Below, one piece after another: positions 15,715 through 25,772 of a DNA stretch of 32,000 nt. Source of the stretch: Acaryochloris thomasi RCC1774 (GTDB lineage: Bacteria > Cyanobacteriota > Cyanobacteriia > Thermosynechococcales > Thermosynechococcaceae). Position numbers and translations under genes: made by a program. The notes under the pieces were generated by a model. The model searched no databases and was not told the DNA's origin. It worked only from the letters and a program-made list of their open reading frames with translations. Each line of letters begins with the position of its first letter. Positions within the stretch are counted from its first letter, which is position 1. The DNA lies in contig NZ_PQWO01000004.1 of the NCBI RefSeq assembly GCF_003231495.1, forward strand, positions 1-32,000, in the 5' to 3' direction.

Positions 15715-16539
15715 CTACAGACGTTCTTGCAGCCATGTCTCTAGCGCACTCAAATCGGTGATGTCTAGCAGTGCGATGCTGAGGTCTTCGGTTTGCTGTA
15801 GTGAGAGTGACTTGATTCTCTGATGCACTACAGAGGGTAACTTACCAAAGCGATGTGCGAGCTGACGCAGAACAAGCGATTGTCCTTCTTCTTGACGGCC
15901 TTTTTCGCGGCCTACACCTTCAATATCTTGGTAGATTACCGACTGCTTCATGGTCTCTTGCCTCAGAACCCGATAAATAAAGTTGCTCTCTAATGATAGC
16001 CCTGCCAGTATTGCCGCAGAGGCCAAGACATTATTTTGCGTCTGTGGGTCGTTGATTGCGCCGGCTCGCAAGGCCACCTGCTTCAGGGCTTGAGTTTTGT
16101 CTGGGTTTTTGGTCAAAACCGCTAGCGGCAAAAGACCTGGTGATGCTAGAAAAATCTCAGTGGGTTGCTCCTAGAGGCGAATCACTTCAAATTCGTGACG
16201 GGTGCCTGGGATTTCGAAAATCGTTTGCTGAACAAGTTCAGATGTTGAGTGCATTAGGTAAATGACAACCTGCTTCATCTGTTTATCGGGGAAGCGACGA
16301 AAGGCTCGGGTTCGATAATCGAGCATTCTAAAGGGCATAGATGGATCTGGCTCTGTCTGAAACTCGATGTGAAGAACGATCTCATCGGATTCGAGCAAAA
16401 TCAGGGCATCGGCGCGGATGGGTTCAACGGCTAGTTCGGTGGGGCTGAGGGTTGTGAGGGTAATGGGTTGGCCCAGTAGCCAAGCGGCGAAGTCGCTGGA
16501 AAATGACTCAGCGAGAAACTTGCAGGTATTGTCATACAT
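15715..16539 (-). pseudogene. DUF4351/PD-(D/E)XK-like (Rpn-like putative nuclease) gene interrupted by one in-frame TAG
   Basis: Track ORFs 16171-16539 and 15715-16131 are in the same frame (16539-16131=408). The only interruption is TAG at 16171-16173. Read-through gives ...EFEVIRL*EQPTEIFLASPGLLPLAVLT..., one continuous family-typical sequence. The C-terminus has the DUF4351 pattern SLVLRQLAHRFGKLP...LSLQQTEDLSIALLD...LETWL. Confidence 0.72.
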
Positions 16540-16587
16540 GGAGACATCCTCGCAGACTGTCCTCGTGAGATATTTCCAGCTCTTGAC

Positions 16588-17346
16588 CTACAACAAACCT
16601 TCCATTTCTAACTCTTCGATGACCTGTAGCCCTCGCGTGTCGCCTAGCTTCAGCAGGGAATTTTTGGCATCTTCCTGTACCCCTAATTCTCCATCTTGCA
16701 GAGCCTTGATCAGTGCATCAACGGCCTGTGTATAGAATTCTCTCTTCTCAATCGCCTGACAGAGCTGTCCCAGAGACCAAGCGCTGTTGCTGCGTACAGC
16801 AGGCATTGAATCATGGGCCAATGACTCAACCAAGGGCGCTATCGCTGCCCGTGCAGATTCCTCGTCAACCTCAGCCATCTGTCCTAAAGAGCTCGCGGCC
16901 CACAGACGCACAGCAGAGATCTCAGTTTTTAGAGCCTCGATTAAGGGGGAAAGAGACTTGCGATCGCGACAGTTCCCTAGTGCCCACACAACACCCTTAC
17001 GCACATAGCCGTTCCAATCTAGCTCTAGCTGTTGAATCAAAGGCTCAACAGCAGTGACGCTGGGATTATGGCCGAGGGCATAGGCCGCACTTACCCGCAC
17101 CAGCGGACAGCTATCGGTCAACAGCTCAATCAGATGCGGGACCGCTCGCGGCTCCTGAATCTCGCAAAATGCCCGGGTGGCCAGCATCCGCTGTGGCGCT
17201 TCTGGGGCACGCATTAGCTGCAGCATATCCTCGACATCTGGCTGGGCTGCGACAACACTGGGGTCATCAACAGCCGCCATCTGATCAAGGGGACTTTCTG
17301 GGGTGTCGTCTACATCTAGCAGACTGAGGTCGTCTTCATCGTACAT
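16588..17346 (-). CDS. HEAT-repeat protein (PBS-lyase HEAT-like repeats)
   Basis: 252 aa with an acidic N-terminus. Repeated units have the form D..p.VR..AA.ALG (LVRVSAAYALG, YVRKGVVWALG, AVRLWAASSLG, AVRSNSAWSLG). Confidence 0.85.
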   Translation of the reverse strand: MYDEDDLSLLDVDDTPESPLDQMAAVDDPSVVAAQPDVEDMLQLMRAPEAPQRMLATRAFCEIQEPRAVPHLIELLTDSCPLVRVSAAYALGHNPSVTAVEPLIQQLELDWNGYVRKGVVWALGNCRDRKSLSPLIEALKTEISAVRLWAASSLGQMAEVDEESARAAIAPLVESLAHDSMPAVRSNSAWSLGQLCQAIEKREFYTQAVDALIKALQDGELGVQEDAKNSLLKLGDTRGLQVIEELEMEGLL

Positions 17347-17512
17347 ATTTGTAACTTTACAGCAACCAGGTCCCTTGCTGACTGGGTTCCAACCCCGTAG
17401 CGAATGCGATCTTACCGGCAGGCTGTTCTTTCATGCATCGGTTAGGGAATCATAGGTCTATCCGCTTGAACCTTTTTGCAACGCCTCAGTCTTTTCACTC
17501 TCTGCTACTGCT

Positions 17513-18238
17513 ATGCCTACCTCACGGCCTGAACCCACCGAACATCATATGCTGATCATCCAGGATGGCAATGGCCGTCGGGTGGTTCAACTCGAAGATG
17601 TTGCCTATTCAGTGGGACGCGATACGTCAAATGCCATTGTTTTAGATGGCGAATCCATTTCACGTCAGCATGCTTTACTGGTCAGATTGCCCGTGCCTCA
17701 GAAGGGCTATCGCTATCGCATCCTGGATGGGAACTCTGAGGGTAAGCCCAGTGCCAATGGTGTATATATCAATGGCGATCGACGGTCTATGCATGAACTC
17801 AGCAAGAGCGATATTATTCGCTTTGGAAATGAGATCAAAGCAACCTATATGACCGTAGCGATGGAGCAGGTGGAGTTTCTACACTATCTAGAGTCACTGT
17901 CCTATCAAAGCCTTAAGTCCGATGTGGTTGATTCTAAGGCTACGATGGTCAGCCCCGAATTTATGGGAGGTAGCCCACCCGTGACGACCCTGGAGGCTCA
18001 GCCCCGGTCTGCATACCCTAGTCAAAACCCTCAGGAACCTAAGTTTACGAAGGCCACAGTGCGCATGCCGCGCCCCAAAAGCCTGCAGCCTCGAGTCTTT
18101 TCGTTGCGCCTGTGGATGGTGGGAATAGGTGCGATCGCAACCCTCTCTGCGGGTTCAATTTGGTTCTTCACCCAAGGCCGCACTGGCACACCGACACCGG
18201 CGGGAGCCGTCACAGCCCCATCCTCACCCGAACTTTAG
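17513..18238 (+). CDS. FHA domain protein with a C-terminal TM helix
   Basis: YSVGRDTSNAIVLDGESISRQHALLVRL...NGVYINGDR...DIIRFG is the FHA core. The C-terminal hydrophobic segment is LWMVGIGAIATLSAGSIWFF. Confidence 0.85.
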   Translation: MPTSRPEPTEHHMLIIQDGNGRRVVQLEDVAYSVGRDTSNAIVLDGESISRQHALLVRLPVPQKGYRYRILDGNSEGKPSANGVYINGDRRSMHELSKSDIIRFGNEIKATYMTVAMEQVEFLHYLESLSYQSLKSDVVDSKATMVSPEFMGGSPPVTTLEAQPRSAYPSQNPQEPKFTKATVRMPRPKSLQPRVFSLRLWMVGIGAIATLSAGSIWFFTQGRTGTPTPAGAVTAPSSPEL

Positions 18239-18338
18239 AGAGGCACCGCAAGAATTCGCCCAACAACCCAAGATTCAAAAGTCGAACGGCTCTAATCGTT
18301 TAGACTATTAAATCGGTAACTCAGTTGGACGAGCAACA

Positions 18339-20141
18339 ATGCGGCTTTCTCAATCGCTCTTTGTCACGCTACGGGAAGACCCCGCAGAAGCAGAAATTCC
18401 CAGCCATAAGCTGCTCCTGCGAGCCGGGTATATTCGTCGGATTGGCAGCGGCATCTATGCCTATCTCCCTTTGATGTGGCGAGTGTTGCAAAAGGTCTCT
18501 CGCATCGTCCGCGAAGAAATGGACGCCACCGGAGCGCAGGAATGTCTGCTGCCTCAAATTCAGCCCGCCGAGCTGTGGCAAGAGTCGGGACGCTGGGACA
18601 CCTACACCGAAGCTGAAGGGATCATGTTCTCGCTCCAGGACCGTCAGGGGCGAGAGGTGGGTCTAGGGCCAACCCACGAAGAAGTGATCACGGCGGTGGC
18701 CCGCGACATGATTCGTTCTTACCGGCAGCTACCCCTACACCTTTATCAGCTTCAGACCAAGTTCCGGGACGAGATTCGGCCTCGCTTTGGTCTCATGCGG
18801 GGGCGAGAATTCATCATGAAAGATGGCTATTCCTTCCATGTCGATGCCGACAGCCTGAAGGAAACCTATCAAGCAATGGATGGGGCCTACCGCAATATGC
18901 TGCAGCGCTGCGGTCTCCGGTTTCGAGCAGTGGAAGCTGACTCCGGCGCGATTGGCGGCTCTGGCTCTCAAGAGTTCATGGTGCTTGCTGAAGCCGGGGA
19001 AGACGAAATTTTATACACCGATGACGGCAGCTATGCAGCCAATGTCGAAAAAGCGGTCTCACAGCCTCCAGAGGCTCAGCCATCCGGCTTCAAGACCTAC
19101 GAAAAACGAGAAACGCCGAAGACCGACACGATTGAAAAGCTTCGCCAGCATCTCGACTGTTCCGCCACTCAGATTGTTAAGAACGTCCTCTACCAAGTGA
19201 CCTACGACAGCGGCACGACGGTCCTGGTCCTTGTGAGTCTGCGCGGTGACCAAGATGTTAATGAAGTGAAGCTGCAAAATGAGCTGACGCAGCAGGCTGA
19301 GAACTACGAAAGCAAGACCGTTCTCTCGCTTGAAGTTCCCGATGCAGCAGCGCAGGCTAAGTGGGCATCCAAGACGCTGCCGCTGGGATATCTGGGACCA
19401 GACCTAGCCGACGACTGCATTCAGTCAGCGAAGACGATTGCGCCGAAGTTCCTACGGCTGGTTGATCCAACAGCAGTGGATCTCAAAGACTTCGTGACTG
19501 GAGCTAATGAGAGTGGTTTCCACGTCGTTGGGGCTAACTGGGGTGAGCAGTTGACGCTTCCGAAGAATGTTGTGGATCTGCGTAAAGCGACTGCGGGGGA
19601 CCAATCCCTTCACGACTCGAAGCAGATACTACAGACGGCCCGAGGGATTGAAATCGGACATATTTTTCAACTCGGTACCAAGTACTCACAGGCAATGGGA
19701 GCTACCTATACCAACGAACAAGGGGAAGAAATGCCGCTGGTGATGGGCTGCTACGGCGTCGGAGTCTCGCGCCTTGCCCAGTCAGCGGTAGAGCAGTCCT
19801 ACGATAAAGATGGGATTATTTGGCCAGTTGCGATCGCACCCTATCACGCGATTGTCGTCATCCCTAACCTCAACGACGAAGCACAGGTTGAAGCCGCAGA
19901 AAAACTCTATCAGCAGCTAAATCAGGCCGGCATTGAAACGATCCTAGACGATCGCAAAGAGCGGGCTGGCGTCAAATTCAAAGACGCTGACCTGATCGGC
20001 ATTCCCTATCGAATTGTGACGGGCCGCGCCCTCAAACAAGGCAAAGTAGAAGTCGTACAGCGGGCTACCCACGACTCTCAGGAACTCGATCTTGACCAGG
20101 TCGTACCCACCCTCCAGCAGTGGCTTGAAGCTAGCACCTGA
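18339..20141 (+). CDS. proS: Proline--tRNA ligase (bacterial type with editing insertion domain)
   Basis: 600 aa. [49 protein letters not shown], the class II motifs [21 protein letters not shown] and GCYGVGVSR, and a C-terminal anticodon-binding domain. Confidence 0.96.
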   Translation: MRLSQSLFVTLREDPAEAEIPSHKLLLRAGYIRRIGSGIYAYLPLMWRVLQKVSRIVREEMDATGAQECLLPQIQPAELWQESGRWDTYTEAEGIMFSLQDRQGREVGLGPTHEEVITAVARDMIRSYRQLPLHLYQLQTKFRDEIRPRFGLMRGREFIMKDGYSFHVDADSLKETYQAMDGAYRNMLQRCGLRFRAVEADSGAIGGSGSQEFMVLAEAGEDEILYTDDGSYAANVEKAVSQPPEAQPSGFKTYEKRETPKTDTIEKLRQHLDCSATQIVKNVLYQVTYDSGTTVLVLVSLRGDQDVNEVKLQNELTQQAENYESKTVLSLEVPDAAAQAKWASKTLPLGYLGPDLADDCIQSAKTIAPKFLRLVDPTAVDLKDFVTGANESGFHVVGANWGEQLTLPKNVVDLRKATAGDQSLHDSKQILQTARGIEIGHIFQLGTKYSQAMGATYTNEQGEEMPLVMGCYGVGVSRLAQSAVEQSYDKDGIIWPVAIAPYHAIVVIPNLNDEAQVEAAEKLYQQLNQAGIETILDDRKERAGVKFKDADLIGIPYRIVTGRALKQGKVEVVQRATHDSQELDLDQVVPTLQQWLEAST

Positions 20142-20257
20142 AGCCAGTTCCCGTTTGCTAAGCTAGAGACGAATTCGGAACATCCTCCGTGGCGGCATCG
20201 TCACAGAATTGTGCTGAAATAGGACTGCTACGGTATCGCAAGGGAATTCGGGAAGCA

Positions 20258-20896
20258 ATGGCAAAACGACAGCGTTCACATGATCTGCAAAAGCTCATGG
20301 CGGCGATGCTCACCGTGGGCCTGCTTGCCTGTACTCCACAGGTTTCAGATAACCCAGCCCCTGATGCGCCAGCCTCAAATCCCACATCTCCGGCTCCCGG
20401 TACTGATTTACCCGTAACTCCAACTCCTGCGCCACCTGTAACACCGGAAGAAGATCCTGCCGAGACCGCGCAGCTTTCGGTCTATTGGCTCCAATCCGCC
20501 GACGAGAGGCTGGCTCTCACCCCCTCAAAAATCACGCCGAAACAGCCGACAGATGCCCCAGAGGAACAGTTGCAAGCGGCTTTAGAGCGACTGCTTCAGG
20601 GACCTGCCAATGCTGATGTTGCCAGCGGCATCCCCGAAGGGACCAAGCTCAATACCCTAACCGTCAAAGATGATGGGGTTCACATCGATATCAGCAAAGA
20701 ATTTACGGTGGGTGGCGGCAGTGCAGCCATGCAGGGACGTCTCGGTCAACTCATCTATACCGTCAGCAGCCTCAACCCCAAAGAATCCGTATGGATCTCA
20801 GTGGATGGTGAACCGCTCACTGTTTTGGGTGGGGAAGGTTTAGTCGTCTCACAGCCGATGACGCGCAAAGAGTTTCAAACAGAATTTTCACTCTAG
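20258..20896 (+). CDS. GerMN domain lipoprotein
   Basis: ATG 20258 gives MAKRQRSHDLQKLMAAMLTVGLLAC (lipobox LLAC). A Pro/Thr-rich linker follows, then the GerMN-like C-terminus LNTLTVKDDGVHIDISKEF...GRLGQLIYTV...VWISVDGEPL. The track ORF starts upstream at GTG 20189. Confidence 0.8.
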   Translation: MAKRQRSHDLQKLMAAMLTVGLLACTPQVSDNPAPDAPASNPTSPAPGTDLPVTPTPAPPVTPEEDPAETAQLSVYWLQSADERLALTPSKITPKQPTDAPEEQLQAALERLLQGPANADVASGIPEGTKLNTLTVKDDGVHIDISKEFTVGGGSAAMQGRLGQLIYTVSSLNPKESVWISVDGEPLTVLGGEGLVVSQPMTRKEFQTEFSL

Positions 20897-20945
20897 ACCC
20901 TCCCTAGATCGCAGCTGATACTCACCCGTCAAAAAATTGCGTGTC

Positions 20946-21314
20946 TTACTTCGAGGTCAAACAGGCATTGATTGGCGCGGCCACGCTGGGTGGAATTGGT
21001 GATTCTTCAGCGGGTAGATCTAAGTCTTCATAAACAGGCGTTAGAGACTGATTTGTCAGAAGTTCCTGCACCGCACAATCGCAGTACTTTTGAGAGGATT
21101 CCTTGAGGCAATTCTCCATCAAATCTCTGGCGAACTCAGTTTCTGCCTGCGCCTTTTCGGACGTTGGCAAAGTTTGTGAGGGCACTGCCCCAGAAGACTG
21201 TTGCTGAGCGGGATAGATCGGATTCGTCTGATGCCAATCTTTCCCATTCTGTGCCAGAGAACTAGTGGGAAAGAGGGAATTGCAAAGAGCTGCGCCAATG
21301 ACAATGAGTCGCAT
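20946..21314 (-). CDS. Small secreted protein, unknown function
   Basis: 122 aa with a signal peptide (MRLIVIGAALCNSLFPTSSLA-QN) and cysteines in the mature part. No family recognised. Confidence 0.55.
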   Translation of the reverse strand: MRLIVIGAALCNSLFPTSSLAQNGKDWHQTNPIYPAQQQSSGAVPSQTLPTSEKAQAETEFARDLMENCLKESSQKYCDCAVQELLTNQSLTPVYEDLDLPAEESPIPPSVAAPINACLTSK

Positions 21315-21994
21315 CGGTTAGGTTGATCCTAGCCATATTGACTTAGAGTGCCCTTTCAACATGAGTAATTTTGTGGCATAGATAAACAGTTTTGACGCAG
21401 GGATCTCGATGCGCTCCCTGTCGTCATTGTTTAGCATCGAACTCACGTTATTTATTGGTCATGCCTTGTTCTGATTAAGGATTGGCGATGATTCTTGACT
21501 GGTCTCTTACCATCGCAAACCTGTCAACGGAAAGTAACCCGATAAGCACTGACGCGCCATATTTGAGCAAGGTGCGCATTACCCCAGACATAGCAAAAGG
21601 GCCCAGCGACGACGCTAGACCCTAATAATGACAAATAATTTTCGAAGTAATTTTACTCAGAACTGAAAGCAGATAGAGTTAGCAAAAACTAAAACTAGAG
21701 TGAACAAATATCGATCAAACTAACGATGGCTCGACACTTATTTACCTTTGTCGAACAGAGTTTTGGAATTGCAAGCCCCTCCTTGGACTCAATTCCACCT
21801 AAAGCAATCACAGAGACACTTTAGAAAGATCGAAATGACAGAGCTAGGAGGTACAAACCCTGTCTTTTTTTGGGTTGATTTCATGCGTTTTGTACCTGCT
21901 ATTAACCTAGCATTAAGGTTCAAAACAGAAAATTGCTTTCACCAAAGTTTATGCTTGTTTAAGGTAGGTAACAATCAGCAAACCTCTGTAAACA

Positions 21995-22951
21995 TCATTG
22001 CTGTACAAGGTCTCGCAACGTCTCCTGAATTGATCGAGGATTCCAATCTAGCTGTTTCCGAGCCTTATCTGCGCTGACCCGGACACAGCGATCGTAGAGA
22101 TAGTGAACGCGCTCTCGACTTAAAGGTGGCTGCCAGCCCAGGAGCCGTCCAATGGGGTCTAGAATGCCCCCTGCTACGCGAACAATCGGCTCAGGAATTT
22201 CAGTCGGAACAGCAATACCCGTCTCGTTGCTGAAGACTTGAAACATTTCTTGGGTAGTTAATTCTCCGGTGGAGATGATGTAATGTTCCCCCGGTTGGCT
22301 GCGTTCGACGGCCAAAAGCATCGCGTCCACTAGGTCGTCTACATGCACAATGCCGGTGACGCGGTCGGCTCCCGCCCACACCTTGAGGCCGCCCTTCAAG
22401 AAAAGCTGAACAACTTTACCGAAATGAGGGTCGCCGGGGCCAAAAATACCGGAGGGCATGACGCTAACGACATGAAAGCCCGATTGGGCCGCAGCATCAA
22501 CGGCTTGCTGTGCCAAATACTTGGTGCGATCGTAAGCAGAAGAGAATCCAGCTTGCTGACGGGCAAAGGTTTCGTCAATGAGTTTGCCTTGGGTATCGCC
22601 ATAGACGCCAATGGTGCTGCAGTAGACCATTCTGGAGACGCCTGCTGCTTGGGCTGCGGACAGAACAGCTTTAGTCCCTCCAACATTGACGCGCTCCATC
22701 AGGGCGGCATCTACGAGACCTAACTCGACATAGGCAGCGGTGTGGAAGACGGTGTTGACACCCTGCATCGCACTTTCTAGGGATGCTTGATCCGTGATCT
22801 CGCCGTAGGCAAATTCGACATCCAGTTCTTTTAGACGAGATAAGTCGCTGGTTTGACGGACGTAGGCGATGACCTGATCGCCTCGCTGCAGCAGGTATTG
22901 ACAGAGATGAGAACCCGTGAAGCCATTCGCTCCGGTGACGAGTGCTTTCAT
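21995..22951 (-). CDS. NAD-dependent epimerase/dehydratase (extended SDR)
   Basis: MKALVTGANGFTGSHL Rossmann motif and a YxxxK catalytic pair (SAYDRTKYLA). The ATG overlaps the stop of the upstream gene (ATGA, 22948-22951). Confidence 0.9.
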   Translation of the reverse strand: MKALVTGANGFTGSHLCQYLLQRGDQVIAYVRQTSDLSRLKELDVEFAYGEITDQASLESAMQGVNTVFHTAAYVELGLVDAALMERVNVGGTKAVLSAAQAAGVSRMVYCSTIGVYGDTQGKLIDETFARQQAGFSSAYDRTKYLAQQAVDAAAQSGFHVVSVMPSGIFGPGDPHFGKVVQLFLKGGLKVWAGADRVTGIVHVDDLVDAMLLAVERSQPGEHYIISTGELTTQEMFQVFSNETGIAVPTEIPEPIVRVAGGILDPIGRLLGWQPPLSRERVHYLYDRCVRVSADKARKQLDWNPRSIQETLRDLVQQ

Positions 22952-24138
22952 AGCGCTTTTTCGTAGATGCGATAGGTCTTGTAAATCTTACCGCCCGAGG
23001 CTTCAGTTATTTTGCGAGAGGGCATGTTGTCTTCATAGATCCAGGATAGCTCTGCGCGCTCATAGCGTTTCGATGGCCCCGTCCCATTTTGATGAACCAG
23101 ATAGACTAGGGCCGGAGCGACCATTTTGCGCTGATGTTCTGGGAGGGCACAAAGCGCGATCATCCGAGCCTCGTTGATTGTGCGGCGGTACCAAAGAAAC
23201 TTTAAGATCCCGAGCCAGTTGAGTTTGCCGTTGAGGTGCTTGAAGACTTGGTTGTAGTTGGGTAATCCCATGAAAAAACCCACCATTTCGCCTTCATACT
23301 CGGCAATGGGAAAGATGTCTGGATCTACAATCATCTTCAAGTCCTGTGCTTCTTCTAGAAACTCGTCTTCAGTGCGGGGGGTCGAACTCCAGTTGTTGCT
23401 GAAGGCTTGGGTGAACAGACGATAGAGATCACGACAGTCTTGTTCAAAGGCTTCGCCCTTGGTGGCAACGGGGCGAAAGGTGATGCCAGATTTGAGGGCA
23501 ATTTGATAGGCTTTCTCAAATTTTTGCAATAGGGATGGAGACAGCTCGAAGCTGTAGGCATAGGCATCTTTGGCCTTGTGAAAGCCTGCTTTTTCAATGC
23601 ATTGCGAATAGTACGGAGGGTTGTAGGGCATCATCATGTACGGCGGGGAGTCGAACCCGTCCACTAGCCATAGGCAGTTGTTATGGGTGGAGAGATCGAT
23701 GGGACCACGAATAGTGCTCATACCTTGCTCTTTCAGCCATTGGCTAGCAGCTTCAAAGAGGTGGGGTGCAACAGCCGGATCTTCTGTTGCGAGATTCTCG
23801 ACACATTCAAAGAATCCAAACAAACCAATATTTTTGCCTTCCCGCTCAATCAATCGATCATTGACGGCTGCGACGATCCGACCAACGGGCTGCTGATCTT
23901 GGTAAGCGACAAACTGCTGCAGTCTGCCGTACTCAAAAAAAGGATTGCTGGGCTGAAACTGCTTTGCAACATCGGCACGAATTGGGGGAACCCAGTTGGG
24001 ATCATCGGCGTAGACGCGAGCAGGCACATCTAAAAACTGCTCGAATTCAGCTGCTGTTGAAATAGGTTTCACGGAAATGCGAGGGGCTGATATCACCACC
24101 GGGGTCACCTTATTGTTCTGTCTACGCTCAGGATACAA
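22948..24138 (-). CDS. GNAT-fold acyltransferase-like protein of ~390 aa (assignment tentative)
   Basis: 396-aa ORF with strong coding character and two lobes, each resembling an acetyltransferase fold (..IGLFGFFECVEN.., ..MVGFFMGLPNY.., ..AELSWIYEDN..). Translationally coupled to the epimerase. Confidence 0.65.
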   Translation of the reverse strand: MYPERRQNNKVTPVVISAPRISVKPISTAAEFEQFLDVPARVYADDPNWVPPIRADVAKQFQPSNPFFEYGRLQQFVAYQDQQPVGRIVAAVNDRLIEREGKNIGLFGFFECVENLATEDPAVAPHLFEAASQWLKEQGMSTIRGPIDLSTHNNCLWLVDGFDSPPYMMMPYNPPYYSQCIEKAGFHKAKDAYAYSFELSPSLLQKFEKAYQIALKSGITFRPVATKGEAFEQDCRDLYRLFTQAFSNNWSSTPRTEDEFLEEAQDLKMIVDPDIFPIAEYEGEMVGFFMGLPNYNQVFKHLNGKLNWLGILKFLWYRRTINEARMIALCALPEHQRKMVAPALVYLVHQNGTGPSKRYERAELSWIYEDNMPSRKITEASGGKIYKTYRIYEKAL

Positions 24139-24249
24139 GAAAGCTTTGAGCCAGTATCAGTTCCGCTGCCGCGTTACAGTTCACAACTAAAGTCCTTAAA
24201 AGCGCCACGGGGACTTTATATTGGCGGATATAGTCCCTATGAAAACGTC

Positions 24250-25575
24250 ATGCGTCCTTATTCTCTGCTGTCGGCATTCTTACTAGGGGGAGCCGTCTTG
24301 ATCACCCAGCCTACTGAGTTAGTCGCACGAGAAGAACGGGGTCCGCTAGAAGGCTCGGAGGTCAATCAAATTGCTAAAGCCTCTACTATTTTGTTGGAGG
24401 GGCAAAATCCTGGTTCTGGTGTGGTCGTGGGGCAAGAAGGGAGTACCTACTATGTGCTAACGGCTCAGCATGTGGTAGCTACAGAGGATGAATATGCGAT
24501 CGTGACACCAGATGGTCAAACCTATCCCCTTGACTATGGAGCCATTCAAAAAATACCGGATGTTGATCTGGCTATTGTCCCATTCACGAGCGGCAAAGCC
24601 TATTCGGTGGCGAAATTAGGGAATTCAGACGACGTAACGGAGGGCGATCGCATCTTTATTGCCGGATGGCCTGCAGCAGGGCGAGCGATTCCCCATATCT
24701 ATCAGCTCACCAGCGGTGAAGTTTCAGGCATTTCTCGGCGGCCCATTGCGGGTGGCTATGGGCTGGTATACACCAACGTCACCCGTGCGGGCATGAGTGG
24801 CGGTCCCGTTTTTAACAGTAGCGGTCAAGTCATTGGCATTCATGGACTGGCTGAAGGACGTCAAGTGGTACTACCGGGCTACGATGGCGACTCCAGCGTT
24901 ATTAAAGCAGGATTTAATTTAGGCATTCCCATCAACACTTTTGTCCGGTTGGCGCAGCAGACCCGGTTAGCCCCTGCAGCAGGTTCCTCTTCGACTGCCC
25001 CTGTCGCTAGCCCATCCCCCGTACCGACGAGACCCACGCCATTGCCCACAGCGTCGCTCACTGAAACGACACCGCTTACGCAGGTGATTCAGGCTCCGGT
25101 TTTGCCTGCCAAGAAGCCGTCTAGGGTTGCCTTTGTGCAGCCCCCAAGACTCCTTAAGGCCACTACTAGCGATCGCATTGCCAGGAACTTAGGAGCAACC
25201 TATTCCCTAGTTATTGATTTACCGGCCACAGCCGCAGCACCGCTGCAGCAGGTTGATCTGATCCTGAAGCAGGGCGTCCAGTACCCACGGTTCAAGGCAA
25301 AGGGTATTGCCGCCTATGAAGGCTCCAAGCGACGTGGGCCAAAGCTGCCCTTAGGTTTGATCGTGAACGATCCACCCAGCCGTACCGTGACGATTGCTTT
25401 TGATCCGCCCGTCCAGCCAGGACGACAGTTCACGTTGGCCGTGCGCCCTGTGCGTAACCCCAGTGTCGGCACCTACCTGTTTGAGGTCAGAGGATTCCCA
25501 GAAGGTGAAGTGAAGGACAGCACGTATTTGGGGCTGGCTCGCCTTGATTTTGTGCGCAGTTCACCTGGGAAATAG
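24250..25575 (+). CDS. Secreted trypsin-like serine protease (S1 family) with a Pro-rich linker and a C-terminal DUF2808-like domain
   Basis: Signal-like N-terminus. Catalytic triad contexts are LTAQHVV (His), DLAIV (Asp) and GMSGGPVF (Ser). The linker is SSSTAPVASPSPVPTRPTPLPT. The C-terminal ~150 aa (ATYSLVIDLP...YLFEVRGFPEG...YLGLARLDF) resemble DUF2808 as I recall it. Confidence 0.85.
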   Translation: MRPYSLLSAFLLGGAVLITQPTELVAREERGPLEGSEVNQIAKASTILLEGQNPGSGVVVGQEGSTYYVLTAQHVVATEDEYAIVTPDGQTYPLDYGAIQKIPDVDLAIVPFTSGKAYSVAKLGNSDDVTEGDRIFIAGWPAAGRAIPHIYQLTSGEVSGISRRPIAGGYGLVYTNVTRAGMSGGPVFNSSGQVIGIHGLAEGRQVVLPGYDGDSSVIKAGFNLGIPINTFVRLAQQTRLAPAAGSSSTAPVASPSPVPTRPTPLPTASLTETTPLTQVIQAPVLPAKKPSRVAFVQPPRLLKATTSDRIARNLGATYSLVIDLPATAAAPLQQVDLILKQGVQYPRFKAKGIAAYEGSKRRGPKLPLGLIVNDPPSRTVTIAFDPPVQPGRQFTLAVRPVRNPSVGTYLFEVRGFPEGEVKDSTYLGLARLDFVRSSPGK

Positions 25576-25772
25576 TGCTGGCCCCTGATCGGGAAAGCTC
25601 AAAAAAGACATTAGGACTACAGAATGTACCCAATGAGTCCGATAACCTCGAGGCAAGTAATTAATTGTCAGTAAAAAATATCCTCTGATATCAAGGATGA
25701 GGATGCAATGTAAAGAACTCTCAGCCAGGTATGACTGATGTGTTCATAAAGCCATGACGATGTATATCGCCC

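Noticed and set aside
21748-22077. 109-aa plus-strand ORF in the AT-rich gap
   Set aside because: It uses a non-ATG start and its 3' third overlaps the epimerase stop region in antisense. It has no SD or family signal.
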